From a virus: a stretch of 64,000 nt of DNA. The notes under the pieces were generated by a model. That model was not told where the DNA came from and searched no databases. It saw only the letters and a list, made by a program, of their open reading frames with translations. Of this stretch, positions 1 through 8,654 are shown piece by piece; the first letter of the stretch is position 1; every line of letters starts with the position of its first letter. The stretch covers positions 1 to 64,000 of IMG/VR virus record IMGVR_UViG_3300005856_000023. One strand, written 5' to 3'. Position numbers and translations under genes: made by a program.

Positions 1-260
1 TTAGTTCTTCGCAAATGTATTTCTTTTTTTACAAACATAGGTCTCAATTTTTCTCTCAAATAATCCAAAGAAGTAAATGCCTTTTCAAAATCACCACAGA
101 CAAATATGTGCAAAGCAGCGTAATTATATTCAGGCCAAGTATGTATACTGATATATGATTCAACCAAAGCTATTATACCTGTTACATCATGTGGTTCAAA
201 TTGATGAAAATAAATGTTTAGCATAGTTAAGTTAATTAGTTTTACTCCTATTTGAAAAAC
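1..260 (-). pseudogene. speD: S-adenosylmethionine decarboxylase (SpeD/SpeH-type) fragment, N-terminally truncated or degenerate, runs off the window edge
   Basis: My translation from ATG 224: MLNIYFHQFEPHDVTGIIALVESYISIHTWPEYNYAALHIFVCGDFEKAF..., matching the family consensus HxFxPxGVTG..xESHISIHTWPExxYAAxDxFTCG with G>D, H>Y and D>H changes; no SpeD-like N-terminus upstream. Confidence 0.7.
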
Positions 261-285
261 CAAAACAAATCTAAATTTATATGTT

Positions 286-582
286 ATGGAACTTGCTTTC
301 AGTTTTGCTAGAAGAATACTTAACATTGATTTTGATGATATTCTGCTAAGGGATAATCCAGATGAACGACTTATGTTGAGTATTGACCGGAAAGATTTGC
401 ATACTTGCAATCCATTAGTTGGTTTATATGACGATTGTAGCAAGCATCAGAGACGCAGAAGAGTTTCAAATGTAGCTGAATATCTGTATTACAGTTTAAT
501 GTATAAATCCCTTATTCGTATAGGAATTCCAAGAGGAGAACAAGCGACAGGAGGAAAGCTATGGAGAAAGAAAAGAAGCTAA
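286..582 (+). CDS. hypothetical protein
   Basis: 98 aa ORF preceded by CTAAATTT-N7-ATG. Confidence 0.6.
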   Translation: MELAFSFARRILNIDFDDILLRDNPDERLMLSIDRKDLHTCNPLVGLYDDCSKHQRRRRVSNVAEYLYYSLMYKSLIRIGIPRGEQATGGKLWRKKRS

Positions 583-944
583 AGCAAAGAAGTAGATCCT
601 TTAAAATCTTTATGGGCACAGGCAAAGTAGGGAATGTGAGGGTAGAGTATAGCTTACCTGTACCTTGGCAGATAAAGGTAAAGACTAAAGCCAGTATCTA
701 TTTCATCTACAAAATCAACGAAAACTTATGGTTAGTGAAGGAAAGAAGTATTCCAACAGAAAACATGATCTTAGCATACCCTGAGTGGATGAACCCGTGG
801 GAACCAAAGCTTGTTGTTGTGTATATCAACAGGAAGAAAATCTTTGTAGAGGCTGTAGCTTACAACGAAAGCATTTATCTGACAAACACAGAGAGAATAG
901 ACCTCATCCTACAAAACACAGAGGATCTGAAAATCTACAAATAA
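561..944 (+). CDS. hypothetical protein
   Basis: 127 aa ORF overlapping the upstream stop; AGGAGG Shine-Dalgarno just before the ATG. Confidence 0.65.
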   Translation: MEKEKKLKQRSRSFKIFMGTGKVGNVRVEYSLPVPWQIKVKTKASIYFIYKINENLWLVKERSIPTENMILAYPEWMNPWEPKLVVVYINRKKIFVEAVAYNESIYLTNTERIDLILQNTEDLKIYK

Positions 945-1054
945 TCTACCAAGACAGTATGGGTACACTACAGGATGCTACAACCAAAACTATTGTTTTT
1001 ACCATACATTGATCTTTTGAGATAAACTTTTACAATTACACTAAATTTTTTATC

Positions 1055-1507
1055 ATGAAGCAAGCAGACAAAATACAAAAATTTATTCATGATTTTCGTC
1101 TGCAAATTGATTATGAACACAACCTAATTACAGTAGATAAAAGCTTTTTAAATTTGTCTGATAAGATATATGCTCCAATATTTAAGTATCATGATGTAGA
1201 TTATGCTCTTAGGTTTATAGCTAATGTTGTATTGCATCAGGATAAGTTGGATACACATCAATCAAAAGATAAACTACCTTTAGAAGTTATTAACGTGGCC
1301 AATAGGTTAAAAAATTTCAAAGTTTATGTTGTTAACTCAAAAAAGAATTATTGTGTTTCAATTTATCATAAAGGTAGAGAATATCAAACATTAACTAATG
1401 TTAAAGTTGTATGGCTCTGGTGTTTATATGATTTGATAGTTTACTTGACTAATGCAAAAAGTCATCTAAATTTATATGTATGTCAGACAGAAGACAGGAA
1501 GAATTGA
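1055..1507 (+). CDS. hypothetical protein
   Basis: 150 aa ORF; CTAAATTT-N6-ATG. Confidence 0.7.
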   Translation: MKQADKIQKFIHDFRLQIDYEHNLITVDKSFLNLSDKIYAPIFKYHDVDYALRFIANVVLHQDKLDTHQSKDKLPLEVINVANRLKNFKVYVVNSKKNYCVSIYHKGREYQTLTNVKVVWLWCLYDLIVYLTNAKSHLNLYVCQTEDRKN

Positions 1508-1635
1508 TAAAAATGCTTAAAATGTACACTCATTTACTACATTTGAATAAACCAACAATTCAAATTCATAAACAGAATAATCTAGATACATTGATAAAAT
1601 TACAAATGCAGTTATTCAAGAAAATGAAGAAATAA
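1480..1635 (+). CDS. small basic hypothetical protein (51 aa), not in the ORF track
   Basis: CTAAATTT at 1466-1473, 6 nt spacer, ATG; MSDRRQEELIKMLKMYTHLLHLNKPTIQIHKQNNLDTLIKLQMQLFKKMKK; fills the gap to the next gene. Confidence 0.6.
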   Translation: MSDRRQEELIKMLKMYTHLLHLNKPTIQIHKQNNLDTLIKLQMQLFKKMKK

Positions 1636-1650
1636 TCTAAATTTTTTTAT

Positions 1651-2088
1651 ATGCATACACTATACAGATTACTAGACGATTATTTCATGATTAGACTTAA
1701 TGATAACAAAATTATTTTGAGCTATCAGATTAGTTACAACATTAATAGGATGTTAACCAGCATTGAATATGTAACACGTAGGCACCTATATAAAATACCT
1801 AATCATTTTCAAAAATATTTCATACACCTAACATTAAAATGTTTGAATTTAAAAAGTAACATACAATTTGACTTTGCAGGAAAAGAAGTAGTTATAATAA
1901 CAAGACAAAAAAATGTAAAAGTGTTAGAAGAATTTTTAGCTACCTACAAATACAAGTTTCTAAATACATATGGTTTCAAAAGTTCTATGTTAACAATGAT
2001 ATTTCCTCTGTTTGTAGAGAATCAAATTAATGCAGAAACTATACTGTGGTATGTTTTGCTAATGACACATCCTATCAATCAATTTTAA
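1651..2088 (+). CDS. hypothetical protein, possible distant relative of the 60740-63012 tandem family
   Basis: CTAAATTT-N6-ATG; C-terminal INAETILWYVLLM resembles IDVGSIIFYCVLLM. Confidence 0.7.
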   Translation: MHTLYRLLDDYFMIRLNDNKIILSYQISYNINRMLTSIEYVTRRHLYKIPNHFQKYFIHLTLKCLNLKSNIQFDFAGKEVVIITRQKNVKVLEEFLATYKYKFLNTYGFKSSMLTMIFPLFVENQINAETILWYVLLMTHPINQF

Positions 2089-2143
2089 CCCAAATCCGCA
2101 AGAAGTCTCCATCTTCTGTAATCTGTAAGGTGGAGTAGTTCAC
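2089..2143 (+). mobile_element. minimal IS200/IS605-type end-only element (PATE/MITE-like)
   Basis: Follows TTTAA; AAGAAGTCTCCAT...GGAGTAGTTCAC shared with 41092-41187 (-); resembles IS200/IS605 subterminal hairpin ends. Confidence 0.55.
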
Positions 2144-2196
2144 AAACTAATGTTGCAGTTATAGAAAAAACAATATAAAAAAAGTAAAATAAGTTT

Positions 2197-3144
2197 TTAT
2201 GACATTAATAGATCTACTATCAGAGCAGCAGCGAACCAATTTCCTACATCATCATATTCATCTTTAGTTACATTAAGTTTTTTGATTTTGTCTAATTGCG
2301 TTTTATCTAGTTTGCTAATAATGGAAGGTATGTTTCTAACAATATCGCTAGTTGCTAGAGGATGTTTGCTCACAATAGAACGAATTATATTAGTTAAATC
2401 TTTTCCATCATTACTGTTAATATAATCCATAACTTTTAGGTATTCTAATTTGTCATACATTTCCTGAGCAAATACCTTATTCTTCGTTTTTGCATACAAT
2501 ATAGCATAAACGAAAGCCATTACTAATCTTGTTCTATCATATTTATCGTTTATGTTCAGTTTTATCTTAGATTCTGTTTTTGTTGTAGGTTGTTCTGTGC
2601 TAGATTCTTTGGCTAGTATAGAATCGTATACTTTCAATTTGTATATGTTGTATGATATTAAATCTAGTAAGGAATTTTCTGCATTAGGATCAAACAATTT
2701 ATAGATACCAAAAATACTCTTTGGTCTCAATAATCTGAATGCAACTCTATCTTTAACAAGTTTGCGTAACAAATCCGTATTTGTTATGGGTATGTCAATC
2801 TTTTCAGTGAAGCCTGTTGTACTTATAGTCATCTGAGCAACATTCACATTCATTAATGATAGTCTATACAATCTACCTAGGATTAAGTTTATAGCAAAAA
2901 CTATGTCCTGTATAAGTTTATCAAAACGTATTTCCTTATTTGTTTTGATTTTGATTGTTATTTGTTCATTCTTGAGATTTATTGTTGCAAAACTTAACTG
3001 TTTTTCAATATCATCTAGATTGATTTTTTGTTCGTTTTCGATGTTTAATGAGAATGACGGAGTAGTAAGTTTTGTTATATTACTAAAAAAGTGATAGTAG
3101 ATTGAAGATAGTAATATATCATTTACATTACCTATTCCAGACAT
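2197..3144 (-). CDS. hypothetical protein
   Basis: 315 aa ORF, 2 nt after the upstream stop, with GGAGGAG SD. Confidence 0.75.
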   Translation of the reverse strand: MSGIGNVNDILLSSIYYHFFSNITKLTTPSFSLNIENEQKINLDDIEKQLSFATINLKNEQITIKIKTNKEIRFDKLIQDIVFAINLILGRLYRLSLMNVNVAQMTISTTGFTEKIDIPITNTDLLRKLVKDRVAFRLLRPKSIFGIYKLFDPNAENSLLDLISYNIYKLKVYDSILAKESSTEQPTTKTESKIKLNINDKYDRTRLVMAFVYAILYAKTKNKVFAQEMYDKLEYLKVMDYINSNDGKDLTNIIRSIVSKHPLATSDIVRNIPSIISKLDKTQLDKIKKLNVTKDEYDDVGNWFAAALIVDLLMS

Positions 3145-3146
3145 TT

Positions 3147-4082
3147 TTACTCCTCCCTATTTCTATTTTGTAAAATTTCTACAAGTAAATCATTGAAGTC
3201 AGATTGTGATGTAACATCTCCCTCTGGAGCATAATCTACTACATTAACATTACCTTCCCTATCTATTATAACAGTTAGGTTGGCAGATGGTATATACACA
3301 GCATACTCATTATCGTTTCTCTTATAAATGGTGTATTCACATTTGTTTGCCTCTGTTGGAACAACAGAAGTTACTTCAAGTCTTTTTTCATTCAAATCAA
3401 CTTTGATTACAGGAGATATGAATAGTGATGTTATGAATATGCTATCATTTGTTGCGTATATGTTTATGAATTGATTGTTCGGCGTAAATGTTCCAGCAAT
3501 CATAAGACTATCATCATCACTGTTATCCACCTCTATTTGAGTATCATAATCTTCTGTCTCGGCTTGTTCCTCTTCTGATTCAAGAGTATCATTTTCAGAT
3601 TCAAAATCAAATTTATCATCAAAGTTGAAGTCAGCTAAGTTGTCTAGATCATCTAGATCTGTTTCCTCTATATTGGGCGTTTCATCTTCCATGTATAGAT
3701 CACTTAAATCTAATACTTCAACATCATTTTCTTCTTTAGTTTCTTCATCCTCTTGTTCATCCATAAAATCAAAATCAAAATCATCTAAATTATCTACTTC
3801 CTCATTATTAGTTATTGCATCTTCTTCTTCATTTTCATCCTCTACTTCCTCATCATTATCATCCTCATCTATATCTATCACAATATCCTCTTCCTCATTG
3901 TTTATCACTTCTTCTTCTTCAACATCAACTTCAATATTATCAAATTCATATTGTTCTTCATCCTGTGGCAAATCAGGTTCATTAATTACCTCATCTTGTT
4001 TAGTCAATTCATCTTCCCATATATCTTCAGATTGATCAAAATTTTGAAAATTGTCCTGTGAAAGATACTCTTTTTCGTCCAT
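3147..4082 (-). CDS. protein with a very acidic low-complexity N-terminal region and a beta-rich C-terminal domain
   Basis: D/E-dominated first ~190 aa; CTAAATTT-N6-ATG places the start at 4082. Confidence 0.75.
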   Translation of the reverse strand: MDEKEYLSQDNFQNFDQSEDIWEDELTKQDEVINEPDLPQDEEQYEFDNIEVDVEEEEVINNEEEDIVIDIDEDDNDEEVEDENEEEDAITNNEEVDNLDDFDFDFMDEQEDEETKEENDVEVLDLSDLYMEDETPNIEETDLDDLDNLADFNFDDKFDFESENDTLESEEEQAETEDYDTQIEVDNSDDDSLMIAGTFTPNNQFINIYATNDSIFITSLFISPVIKVDLNEKRLEVTSVVPTEANKCEYTIYKRNDNEYAVYIPSANLTVIIDREGNVNVVDYAPEGDVTSQSDFNDLLVEILQNRNREE

Positions 4083-4188
4083 CAAAGAAAATTTAGCTAT
4101 GTTTAAGTGAATAGTTTTGCAAACCTATTTAGATTTCATGAATTTTTTGTCAAGAGTTTCTAAATACAACTACACTAAATTTTTGTAT

Positions 4189-5286
4189 ATGTTTCGGTTA
4201 TCTACTCTAGATGCAAAAAATATAGTCGATGCTATCGATTCAAGGTTTGAGAAAATTACTGTCTTCCTGGATATTGATAATTTATTCTTTGATCTCTACT
4301 ATGATAGCATATATGCTGATATTAACGATTTTCTTGGCCAATTAAGAAAGTCTGCTCAGGAAGTGTTGTATTCTCTATTTAACTTCCAACAGTATCTAGT
4401 TCAAGAATCACAGAAAAATAATTTGAACCATCCAACCATCATTTTATACACTAACTTTGGTGCTCCAAATAAAATACTTAAAATAATGCCAAAATATAAG
4501 CAGCATAGACAAATACTCAAAACATTACCGTCTACACAATTAATCAAATTTCTCAAAGCTAAGTACGGTGAATTTAATGTTAATGAGATAAAATCTGTAG
4601 CAAAGAGATACTTCTACAAACTGATACAAAACATAATAAACAATAATTTTCGAAATACAGTTTTTGTTATAAGTAGGAATATGGATAGTGATTACATACC
4701 ATATCTTATACTAAAAACATATGTAAAAAACACGAATGCTTACTTCATTTTTAGTTGGGATAAAGATTACATACAATTGTTAGCCTACAATAACTTATTC
4801 ATATATCGTAGGCGTAACATAAAAGTTAAGAATGAATTGATAGGAGATTACGCAAAGGTTGACTACAAAATACTAACAGGCAAGAATTTAGATATTAATC
4901 TGAAGCATCCTTTATTGCATCCTATATATCTAGCATTAGCAGGAGATAGTAGTGACAATATACCTTCATTAAGAAAGAGGTTAAACATAAGGAAAGTTGA
5001 AGATATCTTAAATAATTATGCAGATGATTTGATTAAGGCTATGCAGAAAGAAAGTATTGATGATGTCATGCAAATATTATCTAATATTTTCAAAAAATCT
5101 GTTGATGAACCAATTATGCAACAATTGAAAACAAATCTAATTGTAACAACGTTCTTTGCACAAGATAGTTTATATGATCAGATTGATAAAAGTTTTGTAT
5201 TAAATCAATTAAAATTTCTAAACTCATATCATGAAAATTTAACTAGAGATAAACTTGATGAAATTATAGCTCAGAATTTGATTTAG
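4189..5286 (+). CDS. 5'-3' exonuclease / flap endonuclease (T4 RNase H-like)
   Basis: FLDID, SWDKDYIQL and LALAGDSSDNIP (H3TH) motifs; start set by CTAAATTT-N6-ATG. Confidence 0.85.
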   Translation: MFRLSTLDAKNIVDAIDSRFEKITVFLDIDNLFFDLYYDSIYADINDFLGQLRKSAQEVLYSLFNFQQYLVQESQKNNLNHPTIILYTNFGAPNKILKIMPKYKQHRQILKTLPSTQLIKFLKAKYGEFNVNEIKSVAKRYFYKLIQNIINNNFRNTVFVISRNMDSDYIPYLILKTYVKNTNAYFIFSWDKDYIQLLAYNNLFIYRRRNIKVKNELIGDYAKVDYKILTGKNLDINLKHPLLHPIYLALAGDSSDNIPSLRKRLNIRKVEDILNNYADDLIKAMQKESIDDVMQILSNIFKKSVDEPIMQQLKTNLIVTTFFAQDSLYDQIDKSFVLNQLKFLNSYHENLTRDKLDEIIAQNLI

Positions 5287-5290
5287 TTTT

Positions 5291-5965
5291 TTATGTAAGG
5301 AATGTGAGTAGATTTCTGCTTACAATTCTAGTAAAGTATGGTGTAAGCATTTTCGGTGAAAGTTGTTGCAGATTATCCAATTTCATTTGTGGTCTACCCT
5401 TGTATATTCTCTGAAATCTGAAATAATAGTTATCATCAAAACGATACAGGCTATGAAAATTTCTCTCTTTAACGAAATCATAATAGAGCGCATACACAGA
5501 ACCCTGATTTATGGACAATGGTAGCAAACCTGAATATCTTTCAAAATACAATATATAAACAATCATAGGCTGTTTAACGTATAAATCCAGTAGATAAACA
5601 TAGCCTGTTTCTGCTATCTTCCAATTACCAGGTGGATAATCTCTTTCTCCTTTGAATTTAAGTTCAGTAAATGGAACAACGTATTGTGTTATTATCATCA
5701 TTCTATCTTCATGCAAACTTTTTGGCCAGTGTCTACATACTAATACCCTGTATAATGCCTGTCTATCATCAAAATAGAATGTTTTGCCCAACGAAAGAAA
5801 CCTATTTGCAAGCAACGGATTAGGTAAAGCCATATACAAATCAATTAGTAATCCTTTCTGTGGATGATAGTTTAGTTTAATAGTGTAAAAGCTACGAAAC
5901 AAAGGTATGTATAGTTTTTTGTTATTGAAATTAAATCTTATGTTTAGATGCCTATGTTCCTCCAT
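5291..5965 (-). CDS. hypothetical protein
   Basis: Long ORF; AGC-N10-ATG at 5965, divergent from 5986. Confidence 0.65.
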   Translation of the reverse strand: MEEHRHLNIRFNFNNKKLYIPLFRSFYTIKLNYHPQKGLLIDLYMALPNPLLANRFLSLGKTFYFDDRQALYRVLVCRHWPKSLHEDRMMIITQYVVPFTELKFKGERDYPPGNWKIAETGYVYLLDLYVKQPMIVYILYFERYSGLLPLSINQGSVYALYYDFVKERNFHSLYRFDDNYYFRFQRIYKGRPQMKLDNLQQLSPKMLTPYFTRIVSRNLLTFLT

Positions 5966-5985
5966 ACTTTCAGCTGCTTTACAAT

Positions 5986-8001
5986 ATGACTTTTGTTGTG
6001 GATGCAAAAGCATACAGTCCATTTGTAAAAGATCGTATCAAAAATCTTGAAGTTGAGTATGATGAATTGTATGTTGATACAAACAGTATAACTTACAACT
6101 TTAGAGTTGACAGTTATTATAGTGATAGTTCTGCTCCAGTTTTATTTGTTAATAGAACAATTGATCTCAAAGTGATAACCAAAAAAGTAAAAACTTTCAA
6201 TAGATTGCTTACTGATATAGAGAATGAAGCTTTTGGTTCCTATATTTGGAAGTATCAAAATACAATACTAGGTCTTGGTAGAAGAATTTCAGATCGTATT
6301 GCTTACACAGACTTTGATATAGAGCATACGAACTCTTATCCGACAATCAAATTAAGATTTCAACTGGATAGATCATTATTACCTATTGTTGATGTTCGCA
6401 CTATATACACTTCACAACGTTTATCAGTTTCAGATATTATGAACAAAACTATTAATAAATTTAACGAATTGATAAGTAGTTTTGCTGTCTCAAAGATAAA
6501 ATTTCTGTCACATCCTTTTAATGATGTTGAAGCAAGCTACTTTACAAAAAGTTATAGAAATGATTTAGTGCTTACATTGTATGATATACTAAACCTCTGT
6601 GTGCAAGACTATAAGCCTGTAGATTTATCTCTGTTATCTTATATTGCTCAACAAGAGAATGAATTAACTTTATATCTAATTCCACTTACTGTTGATAATA
6701 TAAATCCTAATTCAGATTTTCCTGTTTTAACAAATATATTTGTTGATCAAAACATTTATCTTACAGAGAATGAATACAGTTTTAAGAAATATGATGATGT
6801 GATCGAAATACTCAAGAGTAACGCTTCGCAACATACTAAACACAAAGCCATCGCTATTTTTAATCACAATTTACAACAACCAGATACAAATACACAAAGA
6901 AGAACAGATGTTATAGATAGTGATGGAAATTATTTGTCTGCAATGGAAAATATCTCCAATGAATCTAGTAGTATGTTTGATTATAAACAGACAACAGAAT
7001 CACTACTAAAACTCAATACTTTTGTAACAAGAAACTCAAAACTAATTAAGTTTAACAATGATGATGTAATTATGGTTTATAATGACCGATATAGCAGTGA
7101 GCTAGACCTAGATTTTGATTTTCCATTTTTATGTAGATACAGTGAATTTTATTTACGACCTGCGTCCAATTCTACAACTATTAGGATAGCTAATTTGGTT
7201 ATTCCATTTAATCTAACAATAGGTTTAGTAAATATATTGGATGTTGATCTAACTCCATCTACAAATAATACAATCAAACCTCAATTATCTAGCAATGATC
7301 TTTATAAACGAGTAGAACAGGGATTAGAACAAAGATTGAATGAGTATATGCAAGCAAATAATCTGCAAGAAAAAAGAGTCATCAAATACTATAGGGTTCT
7401 ACCAAATGATTTGGATAACATTACTCTAATAGTTAATGTGCTAGAGAGAAGTCTTGTGTTAGCGCATCAGTTAGCTAAACCAGATGAAGAGCAAATGTAT
7501 GCTAGAAGAGCAGAACAATTGCTAAATGAAAACAAAAGCAGTATTGCACCCATTACAAATATTACACCAACTAACTTTTCCAATCTTATCAAGAATTCAC
7601 ATAGCATACTATCTGATTTGTTGAGAAAAGATTATTATCATTTTGGTACACCTGAACAAGTTTCTATTATTTTCACATCACTAGGCAATCTTGGTAATAT
7701 CAATCAGCAATTACATAACCTAATAAACGTAATTAAAGATGGATCAGGATCAAAACAAAACATATTAGAAATGTTAGATCAGTTTGCTACAAACGTTGAC
7801 AATATTTTACGACTTTTTAGTTATCTACCAGATAACAATAAGCAAATTCTACGAAATATTACAGATGATGTCCTAACAAATTTAAACTATCTGCTAGGAT
7901 TGATTGACAAAATTATAACAACAGATACCGCAAGATCTATGATAATAAATCAAATTGAGAGCATTATATATAGTATACAGCAAAAAACGAGTTTTATCTA
8001 G
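5986..8001 (+). CDS. hypothetical protein, probably virion/baseplate-associated
   Basis: 671 aa ORF; AGC-N11-ATG (structural-class motif); no family motif recognised. Confidence 0.6.
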   Translation: MTFVVDAKAYSPFVKDRIKNLEVEYDELYVDTNSITYNFRVDSYYSDSSAPVLFVNRTIDLKVITKKVKTFNRLLTDIENEAFGSYIWKYQNTILGLGRRISDRIAYTDFDIEHTNSYPTIKLRFQLDRSLLPIVDVRTIYTSQRLSVSDIMNKTINKFNELISSFAVSKIKFLSHPFNDVEASYFTKSYRNDLVLTLYDILNLCVQDYKPVDLSLLSYIAQQENELTLYLIPLTVDNINPNSDFPVLTNIFVDQNIYLTENEYSFKKYDDVIEILKSNASQHTKHKAIAIFNHNLQQPDTNTQRRTDVIDSDGNYLSAMENISNESSSMFDYKQTTESLLKLNTFVTRNSKLIKFNNDDVIMVYNDRYSSELDLDFDFPFLCRYSEFYLRPASNSTTIRIANLVIPFNLTIGLVNILDVDLTPSTNNTIKPQLSSNDLYKRVEQGLEQRLNEYMQANNLQEKRVIKYYRVLPNDLDNITLIVNVLERSLVLAHQLAKPDEEQMYARRAEQLLNENKSSIAPITNITPTNFSNLIKNSHSILSDLLRKDYYHFGTPEQVSIIFTSLGNLGNINQQLHNLINVIKDGSGSKQNILEMLDQFATNVDNILRLFSYLPDNNKQILRNITDDVLTNLNYLLGLIDKIITTDTARSMIINQIESIIYSIQQKTSFI

Positions 8002-8003
8002 TA

Positions 8004-8624
8004 TTATTGTTCAAGCGTTGTTATGTCAATACAAATACCTAGATCTGCATACTCTATTGTTGAGTATAATGTGATATGATCTTGTATGAGATATTTGTCT
8101 TCATTAAACAAAACAATTAGTATTCTCTTGTCTTTTATATTGTTGTTGTAATTTTTTTGAATGATTTTATCATCGGTTGATATATAGAAAGCTACAATTT
8201 TGTTTTCATATTCTAATATTCCTTTGTCAAATATTAGTTGATCGTTATTGATTAATACATCTAGTTTTAATGAGCAAGGGTAGTTATTGTTTACACTGCC
8301 AAGTATATCATTCAGTATATATGTTAATTCGTCAATGATTTTACATTTATTGTTTACATTATTTGATGTCTCAAACTTACAAGCAAACGATAGATTTTTG
8401 CTTACAACTACTTTGATATTTGCTCTGCAATAATCACTTATTAGATTTTTGTTTAATATAATCTTGTCATCATATAAAATACCTTCAATGTAATTTTTGT
8501 AAACTATGGGTTTTCCTTGTTCTGTTACAATAGTAAAATCTTTTACATCAGTAGGTAAATCAATTAATGGATCTTTGATTTGAATAAATTGTGAGTTGCT
8601 TAATACATAGGCATATATGTTCAT
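8004..8624 (-). CDS. hypothetical protein
   Basis: 206 aa; CTAAATTT-N6-ATG. Confidence 0.7.
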   Translation of the reverse strand: MNIYAYVLSNSQFIQIKDPLIDLPTDVKDFTIVTEQGKPIVYKNYIEGILYDDKIILNKNLISDYCRANIKVVVSKNLSFACKFETSNNVNNKCKIIDELTYILNDILGSVNNNYPCSLKLDVLINNDQLIFDKGILEYENKIVAFYISTDDKIIQKNYNNNIKDKRILIVLFNEDKYLIQDHITLYSTIEYADLGICIDITTLEQ

Positions 8625-8654
8625 ACAAAAAAATTTAGTTTAGTTGCTAAACTA

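Noticed and set aside
785-1012. Cys-containing 75 aa ORF
   Set aside because: Out-of-frame overlap with 561-944; no SD or motif
3625-4035. Ser-rich plus-strand ORF (also 36015-37614, 39033-39554, 54531-54794 and similar)
   Set aside because: Antisense shadows of real genes; no start motif
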